DNA of 63,669 nt, filler included, from Pelomyxa schiedti (lineage: Eukaryota > Protista > Evosea): the NCBI GenBank assembly GCA_020536535.1. It is 9 parts of 9 records of this genome, joined end to end, with 100 filler letters (N's around TTAATTAATTAA, not from the genome) between each part and the next. Parts side by side here need not be neighbours in the genome. Positions count along the whole stretch, not along the records: positions 22,548 to 27,517 come from JAHLWZ010001538.1; positions 27,618 to 39,460 come from JAHLWZ010000558.1; 7 more parts are not named here. One strand, written 5' to 3'. Shown piece by piece: positions 22,608-33,000 of this stretch. Below the pieces are notes generated by a model. It made no database searches. It was not told the origin of the DNA and saw only the letters and a program-made list of their open reading frames with translations. The translations under genes were made by a program, and so were the position numbers. Each line of letters begins with the position of its first letter. The stretch's first letter is position 1.

Positions 22608-23854
22608 TTAGCAACCTGTGGCGGTGGAGCCCTGAGGGGCCGTCACAGGTGTGGTGTTTAAAGACGGGATTTGTGCTTGTTGGTCAGCCTGATACTTGTG
22701 TAGTGGGCAGCAGAAACGATAATGCTTTCCAGGTGGTTGGGGTACGGTATTGGTACATCCCTTCAGTGCACAAGTAATCACAGCGGCACTAGAGATTGGG
22801 GTTGTATTGGCTTGCTGACGGTACTTAGGACAGTCCCGTACTACATGCCCAGTCTGCCCACACCCAAAGCATGCTCGCTCGCGATCAGGTCGGCTTGACC
22901 GTTTTGGGGGATGCCTAGTTTGAGGTGGTGCAGTAGCCGGTTTGGGTCGCACCTCATCCAACCGCCTGCACAGCTCTAAGGCATCATCCATATCTTTCAC
23001 TGAAATTGCCTTGATCAGATCACATCGATACTCCTCACGCGCGCCGCGGCGGAACACATTCAGCTGAAATCTCGCCAGGTCAGGGTTATGTGAGGCTTCC
23101 GCCTGCACTCGCTTCCACCACCTCTCCACCGGCTCGTCACCCCCTTGTGTCAATGCAAGGAAGCGGTCGGTTTCTGACTCGTCACTCAACACGCCAAATC
23201 GCTTCAAGAACCTTCTCTTAACTCTTCCAAACTCGTGATATCCCTTGCCAGTACTGCAAAACCAACAGCTGAGCCTAGCATGGCCAGCCTCGCCTTACTC
23301 AAAGTAGTTCCCTCGATCCAGTGTGTCTCATTTCATATTACTTCCAGTCGTTGCCACCATTGCATTGCATCAGCAGAGCCATCAAAGTACTGCAACTTGA
23401 GGTGCTTATCTTCAGAATTAGGGGCGTTAACTTGATTGGCCGATTGGGGAGGAGCAAGATACATAACCCCAGGATTGACCGTATTGGGCATAACATAAGG
23501 GTGAACAGGAATTTGTTGGGAAGGTAAAGCCGTTGTGATGGGTGCGTGATTGGGGAGAGGTGCCGTGGTAATAGGTTGTTGAGGAACAAATACGTCCTGC
23601 GTGATTGCCGTGGCGGGCGCGTTCGTAGTCATCTGCGGCGCATCGGTAGCAGCGGCAGATCCAAGAGCGTCGGTAGGATCCGCCTGGGCATGGGTCGCAC
23701 TGCCCGTAGTCGGTTGGACGTCGTTCGTAGGTGCCAGACTCTCCTCATCAGAGGGTGGGACAAATGCGCTAGGATCTAGGCCATAGGCCGTAGTGGTGGT
23801 AGAGAGGATCGCGGTACGTTCATCGTGATTAGGGAATTGATTTTGATGATACAT
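22608..23854 (-). pseudogene. gag: Degenerate retrotransposon gag with CCHC zinc knuckle
   Basis: YFDGSADAMQWWQRLE, KARLAMLGSA, SLEEL/RRFLKRFG, CFGCGQTGHVVRDC; in-frame TGA at 23333-23335 and a frameshift near 23220. Confidence 0.75.
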
Positions 23855-23920
23855 GGGCGGAGGGTTGAAGCGTGGTAGTGTGTCCGATAGGATTCCGGGC
23901 GAGAGCCCCCACTCGACGCC

Positions 23921-24163
23921 TGTGGCACTCCAGAATCATTTTGGTGGGCCATAGACTCTTAGAAAAGAACGTAGGAATTGGAATTGACTTTACGTGCCTA
24001 GTTTCAGACACGATTTAATTAACATTTATACGCCACATAGATCTTGGGAAAAAAAGGGGTTTATAAGGAATGGACGCAGGGGAATGGTGTCAAGGGCTGA
24101 CGTAATGACAGGTGACAAACGGGTTTAGATTTTCTATCCAAATATTTAGTTCACCTCACCACA
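23921..24163 (-). mobile_element. 5' LTR of the gag-containing retrotransposon
   Basis: 243 bp bounded by TGTGG...CCACA inverted termini; contains TATAAA on the minus strand; lies just upstream of gag; related copy at 22043-22263. Confidence 0.65.
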
Positions 24164-24167
24164 AGAA

Positions 24168-25523
24168 CTATCTGTGGTGAAGGAGGTACAACAAAGACAC
24201 AAGGGAAATGGCTCCAATGGTAATTAGAGCAGCTGCACCTTGTGATTGGGGAGCATATGCAATTTTTGGGGGAACTCCAAAGCAAGTCTCTGGAGTGATT
24301 TCTGTTTGATCGCTGGTGGAGTGTGAGACTGGGCATACTTCTATCTGTTATTGGGTTGGGGAGAATGTAAAAGAAGGCCATCATACCTGAAATAGAGTGG
24401 GCCAGAATTTTCCAGTGACCCACAATCTTTGCTGCACTTCATCATAGGCAATTCCATTCATAACTTCAGGCTGGGGTTGTATTATTCCCGTGCAATTAAC
24501 TTGCCCCACAACATAGCCTGTGTAGAAATGTTGGCACAAAAGATCAACAAAAAATGACGGCACCATTATCAGGGTTAATAATTAGAATGGTATTCGAAAA
24601 CCAAACATTTGCCCAGATAAATCCTTTTATAAATTCTAGTCTTTTTTACAGATATTAGATAGCAGTTTTAAAAATTGGAAAAAGGCTTACTCATTCAACT
24701 TCGAAACGTGACTTCTGGAGGATTGGACAGTGAGTGCCCAGACGACACTGAGTGATACAGGGTCAATAAAGTACAACTTGTTGCTTCCGTCAGATTGAAT
24801 CAGATGAGTTCCTTGTGGAATGTTAAGTCTGCATGCTCAAAGAAGAACTGCAGAGTACCATTTGTTGTAAGACCCCAACCTTCGGGAGGGTGGTGTTGGG
24901 GCACAGACTTTACAAATTCCAGGGTATCCTTATTCCAAACCTTGAATGTAAAGGAAAACCACATTAAAACCCATCATTGGAAAAATGAAAAAGTGACGTG
25001 ACGGGTAATAATACAAGTATCTGGTGGTTCCTCCACGTTAGTTGGTAGGCAAATTGGCCCAGAACGGCAAGTCCCTCTCCAAACAAATTGTAGTTGAGCA
25101 GGCTCCTCTCCAGTACCTTACCAGTGGTTAAATCCACCTTCCTCAGTGATGACCTGCCCTCCAGCCCTGTGCTCTCGAGCACAACATCACCAGAGTGATG
25201 CAAAAGCCCTTGTGTGAATGCTTCACCATCATGTGGGTGATGTGATACAACCTGTACATTGTTAGTTGAAGCAAGAAACTTTCTATGTCTATGCAACCAC
25301 ATTACAAACAAACAACAACAACACCCACACAAGAGTGCCAAGTTGGTTTTGTTTTCATTGTATTTGGGTGTTGTTGGGTTAGCTTTGGCATCTCTATCGC
25401 GATCTGATACCTTCAGTACCACACCTTACAAGTGTAGTCGGTGACACTTGGAGTAGATGCACTCGTCTCAGAAGAAACACCAAACACGACAGCCAGCACC
25501 AGGGCTGCGACAAACCACGACAT
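24168..25523 (-). CDS. Glutaminyl-peptide cyclotransferase (plant/bacterial type II QC) with signal peptide and hydrophobic C-tail (multi-exon)
   Basis: HPHDGEAFTQGL, ESTGLEGRSSLR, FGEGLA, YQLTW, EGWGLT, SDGS, LNE/LEF, IWANVW, VMNGIAYD, WVTGKFWP; MSWFVAALVLAVVFGVSS start; last exon ends AALITIGAISLVSLLYLLHHR*. Confidence 0.9.
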
Positions 25524-25702
25524 TTTTGTCTGATCAGCTCTGGAACCCAGTGCTGATTCAACCAGTCATGTCCGTAAGGGGGTGTAGTACATAGCCGTGT
25601 GGGGTCTCCCTTGGCAGTAAGAGTTCTTGACCTTACTCAGTTGAAAGATTTCCTCTATCACAGGTTCTTTCGGAGAAAAACGAACAAGCTTGTTTTTTTT
25701 CC

Positions 25703-27161
25703 ATGAGCGCCCACAACGAAAGCGACGAGAGGAGGGCGCGTCTGTTGGATTTGTTCTGCGGGTGCGTGGTGGGGACCGCGCTGGGGGACTGCGTGGGGGG
25801 CAACTTCGAGGGCGGGTCGGCCCCCAAGCTCAAGAAGTCCCGGCAGATCTCCGAGATGCTCTCGATGTGCTGCGTAGGCTGCTGCGACGCGCACTCCGCC
25901 GCGGCTCTGCGGAGCCTACGGGGCGAGCTCGGGGAGCGGCTGCGGGCACTGCGGCAGACAATTACCCAGCTGGACGAAGCAATTGCTGCCGCCAAGAGGG
26001 GCGACGAGGGGTCGTCTCCGGTTGCCCAATTGGGGGAGAGGCTAAAGTCTGCGCACGAAGAAAGACTCGAGGTGGAGGCTCGGCTGGGGATTATGGGAGG
26101 AGCTTCCGGGGATTCCGGGACGAGTTCGTCAGGGAGTTCGGAATTGATTCAATTGGACACCCCCGATAGGTTCGGGCTTGTGATGAGGTACAGCGATGAC
26201 ACTGAGCTATCAAGGGAGCTATTGCTAAGCACCGCGGAAGTATTTGGAGCTATGGACGTTCGAAAGTGCATCGCGGAATCTCAGGGAAATGTGGTTGGGG
26301 AGCACATCGCCGAGAAATTCGCTAAGAGAATACTGGATTTGCATTCACAGGGCAACTTTCACGGAGGAGGTCGCACTTCCCTTTCTGCTCTGACACAGTA
26401 ATCTCCACTTTACTGCATGCTTCTCACCAGTTTTACTTACCGAAAAAAAAAGGTTGAGGATGGGAATTTCGTGGAGGGATTCAGGAGGCTCCTTTGTTCG
26501 GGCAAGTAACGGCAGTGCCATGCGCGCATCACCAGTAGGGCTGATGTTCTACTCCTCTCCTCCGAGTGTTGTTGCCCAAATTGCCGCTCTGCAGTCCCAC
26601 GTGACCCACCAAGACCCGCAGAGCAAGAGCGGAGCCGCCGCCATCGCGCTCGCCGTCTCGCAGTGCATCCAGTGCGCACTTAGCAACGCGGAGATAGACC
26701 CCCAGGCATTCATGCGGAACATCCAGGCCGAGTGTGTTGGCATAGACCCCGGCTGCCGATTCGCGGAAGCCGTGAGTTCCATGCTGAACGCCAAGACCGT
26801 GGACCAAGCGCACTCGATGCTGCCGCCGACGCCGCCGACGTACATATCCAGCTCCGTCAACTGGCCCATAAGTACGTTTGTCACGCCGACTGTGTTGTGG
26901 GCTCTCTACTCGTTCCTGCGCACCCCCCACTGCTTCGCTCAGACCCTGGCCGCGTCGATTCGCCCCGGGGGCGACGCCGATACCGTTGCTGCTATTGCTT
27001 GCGCTATTAGCGGGGCGTATAACGGGTACCGTAGGATTTTTGATTGTGGGTCACTGCAATCTTGGATATCACGCGTTGCCGACAGGGCTAACACCCAGCG
27101 GAATTTATCAGAACTCATCACCCTGGCCCAGTCCTCAGCCAATGCCGCCTACATAAGCTAA
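25703..27161 (+). CDS. ADP-ribosylglycohydrolase (ARH/DraG family), one intron at 26398-26452
   Basis: GTALGDCVG, YSDDTE, NGSAMRASPVG, SHVTH, GGDADTVAAIACAISGA; a 55-nt GT-AG intron joins the two ORFs in frame. Confidence 0.9.
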
Positions 27162-27286
27162 ATCCCATCCCATTCCTGAATAAGGGAGGCCAGTCTTCTG
27201 CCACCATCGATCGTGCAACATACTTGAACGGAATGTAAACAAATAAATAAAAACACCAGTCAATATCCGCAATTGCTACAAATTGA

Positions 27287-27517
27287 TTAATTGAGGGACA
27301 TGTCGGAGGAGGGTGTGGCACCAGGTTGCATGGCCGGGATGAAGAGGCCGAGGGGGACCGGCAGGCCCGTCATCGTCGTCATCATCATCGTCATCTTCTT
27401 CTTCTTTACCTTCATCAGCACCAGTGTCTTCTTCTTTTTCCACTGCTTCTTCATTGTCGTCGTCGTCCTCCTCATCGTCATTGCCATCGCCATCACTGTC
27501 AGCGTCCTCCTCCTCCT
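27287..27517 (-). CDS. Acidic C-terminal fragment of an unidentified protein
   Basis: Asp/Glu-rich triplet repeats on the minus strand at the contig end; frame and stop uncertain. Confidence 0.35.
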   Translation of the reverse strand, partial: RRRRTLTVMAMAMTMRRTTTTMKKQWKKKKTLVLMKVKKKKMTMMMTTMTGLPVPLGLFIPAMQPGATPSSDMSLN

Positions 27518-27617
27518 NNNNNNNNNNNNNNNNNNNNNNNNNNNNNNNNNNNNNNNNNNNNTTAATTAATTAANNNNNNNNNNNNNNNNNNNNNNNNNNN
27601 NNNNNNNNNNNNNNNNN

Positions 27618-29957
27618 GCACCAGAGAAAAGGGCGGAGGCCACCAAGGTCCTCCTCATATCGAGCGTGGTGTGGCGCAACATCGTGCCCTACCTCCTGAG
27701 GATGCACCGCAGGGACGCCAAGATGGGCTGGGCCGACTTCTACAGGTACGGCGACGGCTCCTACTACCTCGACGACGACCCTGCAGCCGACAACGCCCCG
27801 ACGGGCTCGGACGCCGCCGTCGCCTCGGCCGACTCGCTCGACGGCTGCGGCGGGCCCAAGGGCCCGGCGTCGGCGTCGGCGCCTTCCCCGCGCGTCACCA
27901 AGGACGCGCCCCGCAACGTCGAGAAGGACATCGACATCGACGACCAGGTGGAGTACGCGGGGCAGCAGCGGCGCGCGCACGACCTCGCCGCGCTCGGCGA
28001 CGCGCTGTTCCCCCTCGCCGTGCTGTGCGCCGACGCCGTGGTGGCGTCGTGCCTCGGCGACCCCGCGCGCGCCCTCGCGGCCTGCGCGCACTCCGGCGCC
28101 CTCGGCGTCGCCGCGAGGGTCGCGGCGCGCTGGCGCCTCGCGCCCGACGACGTGTGGACCGACGGCGAGGGCGACGCCTACGAGGCCATGAGGGTCGCCA
28201 TCGGCGCCGGCGACGCGGCCTTCGTCGAACTCCTCAAGTCCAAGTTTGGCAGCCCGCGGCCCTGCGCCATCAGGGAGCTCGAGCTCCCGTTCGCCAACTC
28301 GTTCCTGAGGGCCGCCGTGACTTCCAAGAAGCGGGAGCTCGTGGACTACGTTTTGTCAGTTTACCCGGTCCTGGGCGAGTTCCGGCGAATCGCGGTCCAG
28401 GCTTTCTTTGGGGCCTGCGGTACTAAGGACTGCGGGATGATGAAGTACCTGTGCTCCAGGTTCAATCTCACGGTGGAGGATGTACAATCCTGCTCCAATT
28501 ACGCGCTAAGGGCGTGTTGTGCTACGGGCTCTCTGGAGGTCGTACAGTGGCTCACCACAAGTTATCCTCTTACTCCGAGTGATGCTCGCACCTTTAACAA
28601 TGAAGCACTGAGGATGTGTTGTAAGGCAGGCCACTTGGAGATTGCCGAGTGGCTTTGTATCACTTACGGTCTCACAAAAGCCGATGTGATGGATGTGAAC
28701 TTCGAAATTCTATGCCACTGCTGCCATAATGCCTCCCTCGGCCTTCTCCAGTGGTTGGTAAACAAATTTTCCATTTCTCATGATGATGTCACAGTACAAG
28801 ATAACCGACCTCTTCATGATGCTTGTTCAAGTGGGGACTTGTCTTTTGTCCAACTATTTGCACGGCAGTTCTCACTTACTTCTTCTGATATCCGCTCTAA
28901 GGCAAACTATGCACTCTGGAGTTGCTGCGTTTCCGGTCACCTGGATATTGCTATATGGTTGACAAAGGAATACTCTTTGACAGCCGATGACTTGCGCGCA
29001 ACGACTTTTCCCCTAACATGTTGCAATGGCCATAAGGATTGTGTGCAATGGCTGACAAAAACCTTTGGGCCTTTCCCGTTGGAAGCAATTCAGAACGCAC
29101 TTAATATGAGTACAGAGCACGGAAACGGGGATGTTGTGGAATTCATTTTAAACGAGTATCCAAGTCAAAACATTCTAACACCAAAAGCACTGCGTAGCAT
29201 GTGCGAATCTGGGTTGCTCGATACTTTTCAGCGGCTTGTATCCCGATATAGCCTTACACCAGATTCTCCTCTTGTTTCTGAATGGATCCACAATGTTTTT
29301 AGTCAGTGCTGTAGCAAGGGGAGAATTGAGACAGTGAGGTGGCTGGTTGACGAATTTGGAGCTAGGGAACCGGAGTCAGATGGAACTCTTCTATATTGCA
29401 TGCGTAACGCAGCCACAGCCGGGAACATTGACCTTGCAAAGTGGTTTGCGGGGCACTTCCCCAAATTTCTGGCACAATGCACTAATCCCCAAGAAATTGT
29501 GGCAACGTGCAGAGAATGCTGCCGGACAGGCCAATCACAGGTTGTTGAGTGGCTACTGAGTGGAACACAAGAACTCCAACCCAATGAAGTGGAGAACCTC
29601 ATATTTACTGCCCTGTACGGCGGCCACATTGGGCTAGCTTCCTGGCTGATTGATAAATACCACATAAAAGTGTTTACAAAATTAACAACCACGGTCCTAC
29701 CCGCATTGTGCCAACAAAGCCGGCTGAGAACAGCAAAATGGTACTGCCAGAAGTTTGGTGTGTATTCATCACGCCCCCACTTTGACTGGGATTCAATGTA
29801 TATGTCTTATGATAAGAACAAGTACATGGTGTTCTGGCTGAAGCAGAAGTTTGGAGCCATCCCAGTATCTGTTCAGAGGTACTTGGCCACCTGTCAAGCC
29901 ACTGAAAAGGCGGAGAGAAAACCTCCACCACCCCCCAATAAGTGCAATGTGATGTAA
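27618..29957 (+). CDS. Ankyrin-like repeat protein with 'S.VVW...A(L/M)FPL' N-motif and C-terminal CaaX (5' truncated)
   Basis: Open from the contig start; repeats NYALRACCATGSLEVVQWL, NEALRMCCKAGHLEIAEWL; ends PPPPNKCNVM*. Confidence 0.85.
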   Translation, partial: APEKRAEATKVLLISSVVWRNIVPYLLRMHRRDAKMGWADFYRYGDGSYYLDDDPAADNAPTGSDAAVASADSLDGCGGPKGPASASAPSPRVTKDAPRNVEKDIDIDDQVEYAGQQRRAHDLAALGDALFPLAVLCADAVVASCLGDPARALAACAHSGALGVAARVAARWRLAPDDVWTDGEGDAYEAMRVAIGAGDAAFVELLKSKFGSPRPCAIRELELPFANSFLRAAVTSKKRELVDYVLSVYPVLGEFRRIAVQAFFGACGTKDCGMMKYLCSRFNLTVEDVQSCSNYALRACCATGSLEVVQWLTTSYPLTPSDARTFNNEALRMCCKAGHLEIAEWLCITYGLTKADVMDVNFEILCHCCHNASLGLLQWLVNKFSISHDDVTVQDNRPLHDACSSGDLSFVQLFARQFSLTSSDIRSKANYALWSCCVSGHLDIAIWLTKEYSLTADDLRATTFPLTCCNGHKDCVQWLTKTFGPFPLEAIQNALNMSTEHGNGDVVEFILNEYPSQNILTPKALRSMCESGLLDTFQRLVSRYSLTPDSPLVSEWIHNVFSQCCSKGRIETVRWLVDEFGAREPESDGTLLYCMRNAATAGNIDLAKWFAGHFPKFLAQCTNPQEIVATCRECCRTGQSQVVEWLLSGTQELQPNEVENLIFTALYGGHIGLASWLIDKYHIKVFTKLTTTVLPALCQQSRLRTAKWYCQKFGVYSSRPHFDWDSMYMSYDKNKYMVFWLKQKFGAIPVSVQRYLATCQATEKAERKPPPPPNKCNVM

Positions 29958-30087
29958 ATAGTAATAACAATAAACTGCCGCGTTATAAAACAAGCACCCA
30001 ACTGGCATGTGTTGTCTCACCACCATTTCGGCACCCTCCGAAAATGAAAACAGGTTTTTCGCTGAAAATCCAAAAACCCAACCAATA

Positions 30088-33000
30088 ATGCACGGCAGTA
30101 CTACGGCCGCCCGACGTTCCAAGACACCAACGCCCGGAATGGCATCATCCCCCGGTCGTGTGGCTGTTTCGGGGCACGACGAGGCAGCCTACTACGACGA
30201 TTCGGGTGCACGCCACGGTCGTCAGGCACACCAACCTCGTATGCAGCAGCAGCAGCAACAACAACCCATAAGTGAGTTCTGTGACACACGAGCCCGGCAA
30301 CAGCCGCCAAGGCAGACACCACCGCATCAACACCAGCAGCGGATGTCGTCGTCAATGGGGACGGCGACGTCGGTGTCGCCTACAGTGGCAACGAAGGACC
30401 CAAGACGATCCGGGCACGGGCGTGCCAGGGACGACTACGAAGACGAGGACGGCGGNNNNNNNNNNNNNNNNNNNNNNNNNNNNNNNNNNNNNNNNNNNNN
30501 NNNNNNNNNNNNNNNNNNNNNNNNNNNNNNNNNNNNNNNNNNNNNNNNNNNNNNNAGCAGCGGATGTCGTCGTCAATGGGGACGGCGACGTCGGTGTCGC
30601 CTACAGTGGCAACGAAGGACCCAAGACGATCCGGGCACGGGCGTGCCAGGGACGACTACGAAGACGAGGACGGCGGCGGAGGGGGCGGCGGCGGAGGCGA
30701 CGAGGACGAGGAGCAGCCGCAGTACGGAAGCGAGAGGTCTGGGGATCCCCGCCAGGTCCCAGGGGCGGCCGCAAGGCAGCAGCAGCAGCAGCACCGCCAC
30801 GCCCTGGCGTCGTCGGCCTCCACGGCGGCCGCGCCGGCGATGTCTACCACGAGCCAAGGGGGAGGAGGCGGGGGAGACATCAGGCGCCAGCACCAGCATG
30901 CGCACTCGCAGTCCCAGGCCCAGTTGGCGCAGCCTCAGCAGGGCGGCGGTGGTGGTGGTGGCGACAGAGAAAGAGACAGGGAGGGGGGGCACAGGCATGC
31001 CCAGCACGACGTGGGGAGCCCGCAGGCCCAGCCGCACAGGCAGGTGCCAGACTCCCAGCACGGCGGGCGGGGGGAGCCGCCGGCCCAAGCCCATGGGGGG
31101 CGGGCGGACCGCCAGGCACACGCCTCGGCGGCCGCGGCCCCCCCGAGCCAGCAGCAGGCCCGGCCACAGGCGGCAGCGCAGGCAGCGGCCGCCGCCAGTG
31201 ATGGGGGGTCAGGGGGGGCCGCAACTGGGGAGGCTCCTGTGAGGGGGTTGTTTGGGGCGCCGCTGGACGTCGTGGTTTCGCGGGAGAAGGGCACCGGGGG
31301 TGTGCCTGCTGTTGTGAGGGCGATCACGGCGTTCCTTATGTCGGAGGATTCTGAGCCGGGCTGGTCACTGGCTGCTGCGATGAGGGATCCAGCAAAGACG
31401 CAAGAGCTGGCAAAGCACATGGATATGTGTAAGCAAAGCAATAATCCCCTTCTGGGTTGATGGAATATTTTCTGGAATCGGTAATTAACCCTTTTGTTTT
31501 TTCAAATAAGGTTGGAAGAAAGGCAAGGCTATAGATAGTTCAGTTTTGCTCAACTATGGAAGTACTGTTGTATATAGTGTTCTCAAGGTGTATCTTCATC
31601 GTATCCCAAGCTGTGTATACTGTACACCTGAAACACACAACCAGTTGCTAAAGTGCTCATGTTTGTTACTGTGGTTGTCTTATTGATTTTTGTATAACTA
31701 TTCCATCAGGTGTTGAATCTGACGATGAGTGTAGAGAACTCGCACTACAATCTTTCTCACAGCTGCCCTATGACAATATTGCCTTGATACACCACCTCGT
31801 TTCTTTCCTGCGATCTCTGGTTACACAAAAAAAGGAGAATGCCACGGTATTTTTCATGCAGTTCTACTGGTTTTTAAAGCTTCTACAGCTGAAATTGGCA
31901 AGTGAGATTATGACCCTGCTTTTATGTACTACAAAAGAGGATGCCATACCCCTGACAAAGATATTTCGAGCTGTAATAAAGAGAGGAATGCCACCGTATG
32001 TAAAATTACTTGCATCCAAATTATTGAACTAGACACATACACAACAAGTCCTCAGCAGCCTGCAAATAAGATAAGGTTTGCCATTGCATCAACTGTTTTT
32101 CTTTCCCCTTTAAAAAAACAAAAAAAAAAAAGCAACTCAGAAACTCCAAGTTCCAACAAATTAGTTTCGAGGTAGGTAAAAGTATCACTATTTTTTTTCC
32201 TTATCAGTAATAGGCCAACTCATGATAACACTGCCATGTCAGCCGAAACATCTCCAGACCAACCTCAGGTAGAACTCTATTGCATGATCAGACTAGAGCT
32301 AAATATGTACACCAGGAAGCGAGTTCTGCAGATGAATTGCAAAAACTGAGATCAGCCTATGCACTTTTGGAGCAGAAGTATCTCAATCAGCAGAAGACTC
32401 TACAAATGTATGAGAGCAGGAGTCCAGATTTAAGTGGGAAGCCATGTGTGTTCTGCTTTTGGTGAGTTGCATTTGAAATAATATCCTGCCCCACTAACAG
32501 AAATTAAAATTACCTAAAAAGAGCAGTGTTTCTGATGTGGACGACCCAGCACTTGAATTTGCAGATGACCAGAGTTTGTATTGCGCAAGGAAAAAATTCT
32601 CGTTTGACCGAGTCTTTTCTGGGAATACATCACAAGAAACCCTCTTTCAGCATACAACTGTAATTAGTTTGAGTAAAACTACACTAATTGCCTTTCCAGA
32701 ACCACTTGGAGGCGGCCGTAGATGGTTATAATACATTCATTTTGGCATATGGGCCCTCAGGGAGTGGCAAGGTAATTAATACTTATAAAGTACTTTAAAC
32801 TTAACTCCTTTATGTTAGACTCAAACATTGATGGGAGATCACGGCAATCCAGGAGTCCTTACCAGAGCTGCCAAACATCTCTTCGAGGTTCTGGCTAAAG
32901 TTTCGGACTCAGATTGTATAGTCACAGTATGTATGTTGGAGCTGTACAGGGAAGTTGTATGTCTCTTCCTTTTTTTTCATAATGGCTTACTAAAATCTTA

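Noticed and set aside
23333-23335. TGA reassignment or programmed readthrough in TE ORFs
   Set aside because: TGA terminates conserved genes (AK6, IQGAP-like, array copies), and the gag and L1-like elements also carry frameshifts; decay is the simpler explanation
30337-30676. Direct duplications flanking the 100-N gaps (also 38517-38856, 44514-44853, about 61059-61239)
   Set aside because: Identical sequence on both sides of fixed-size gaps indicates unmerged contig overlaps, not real exon duplications
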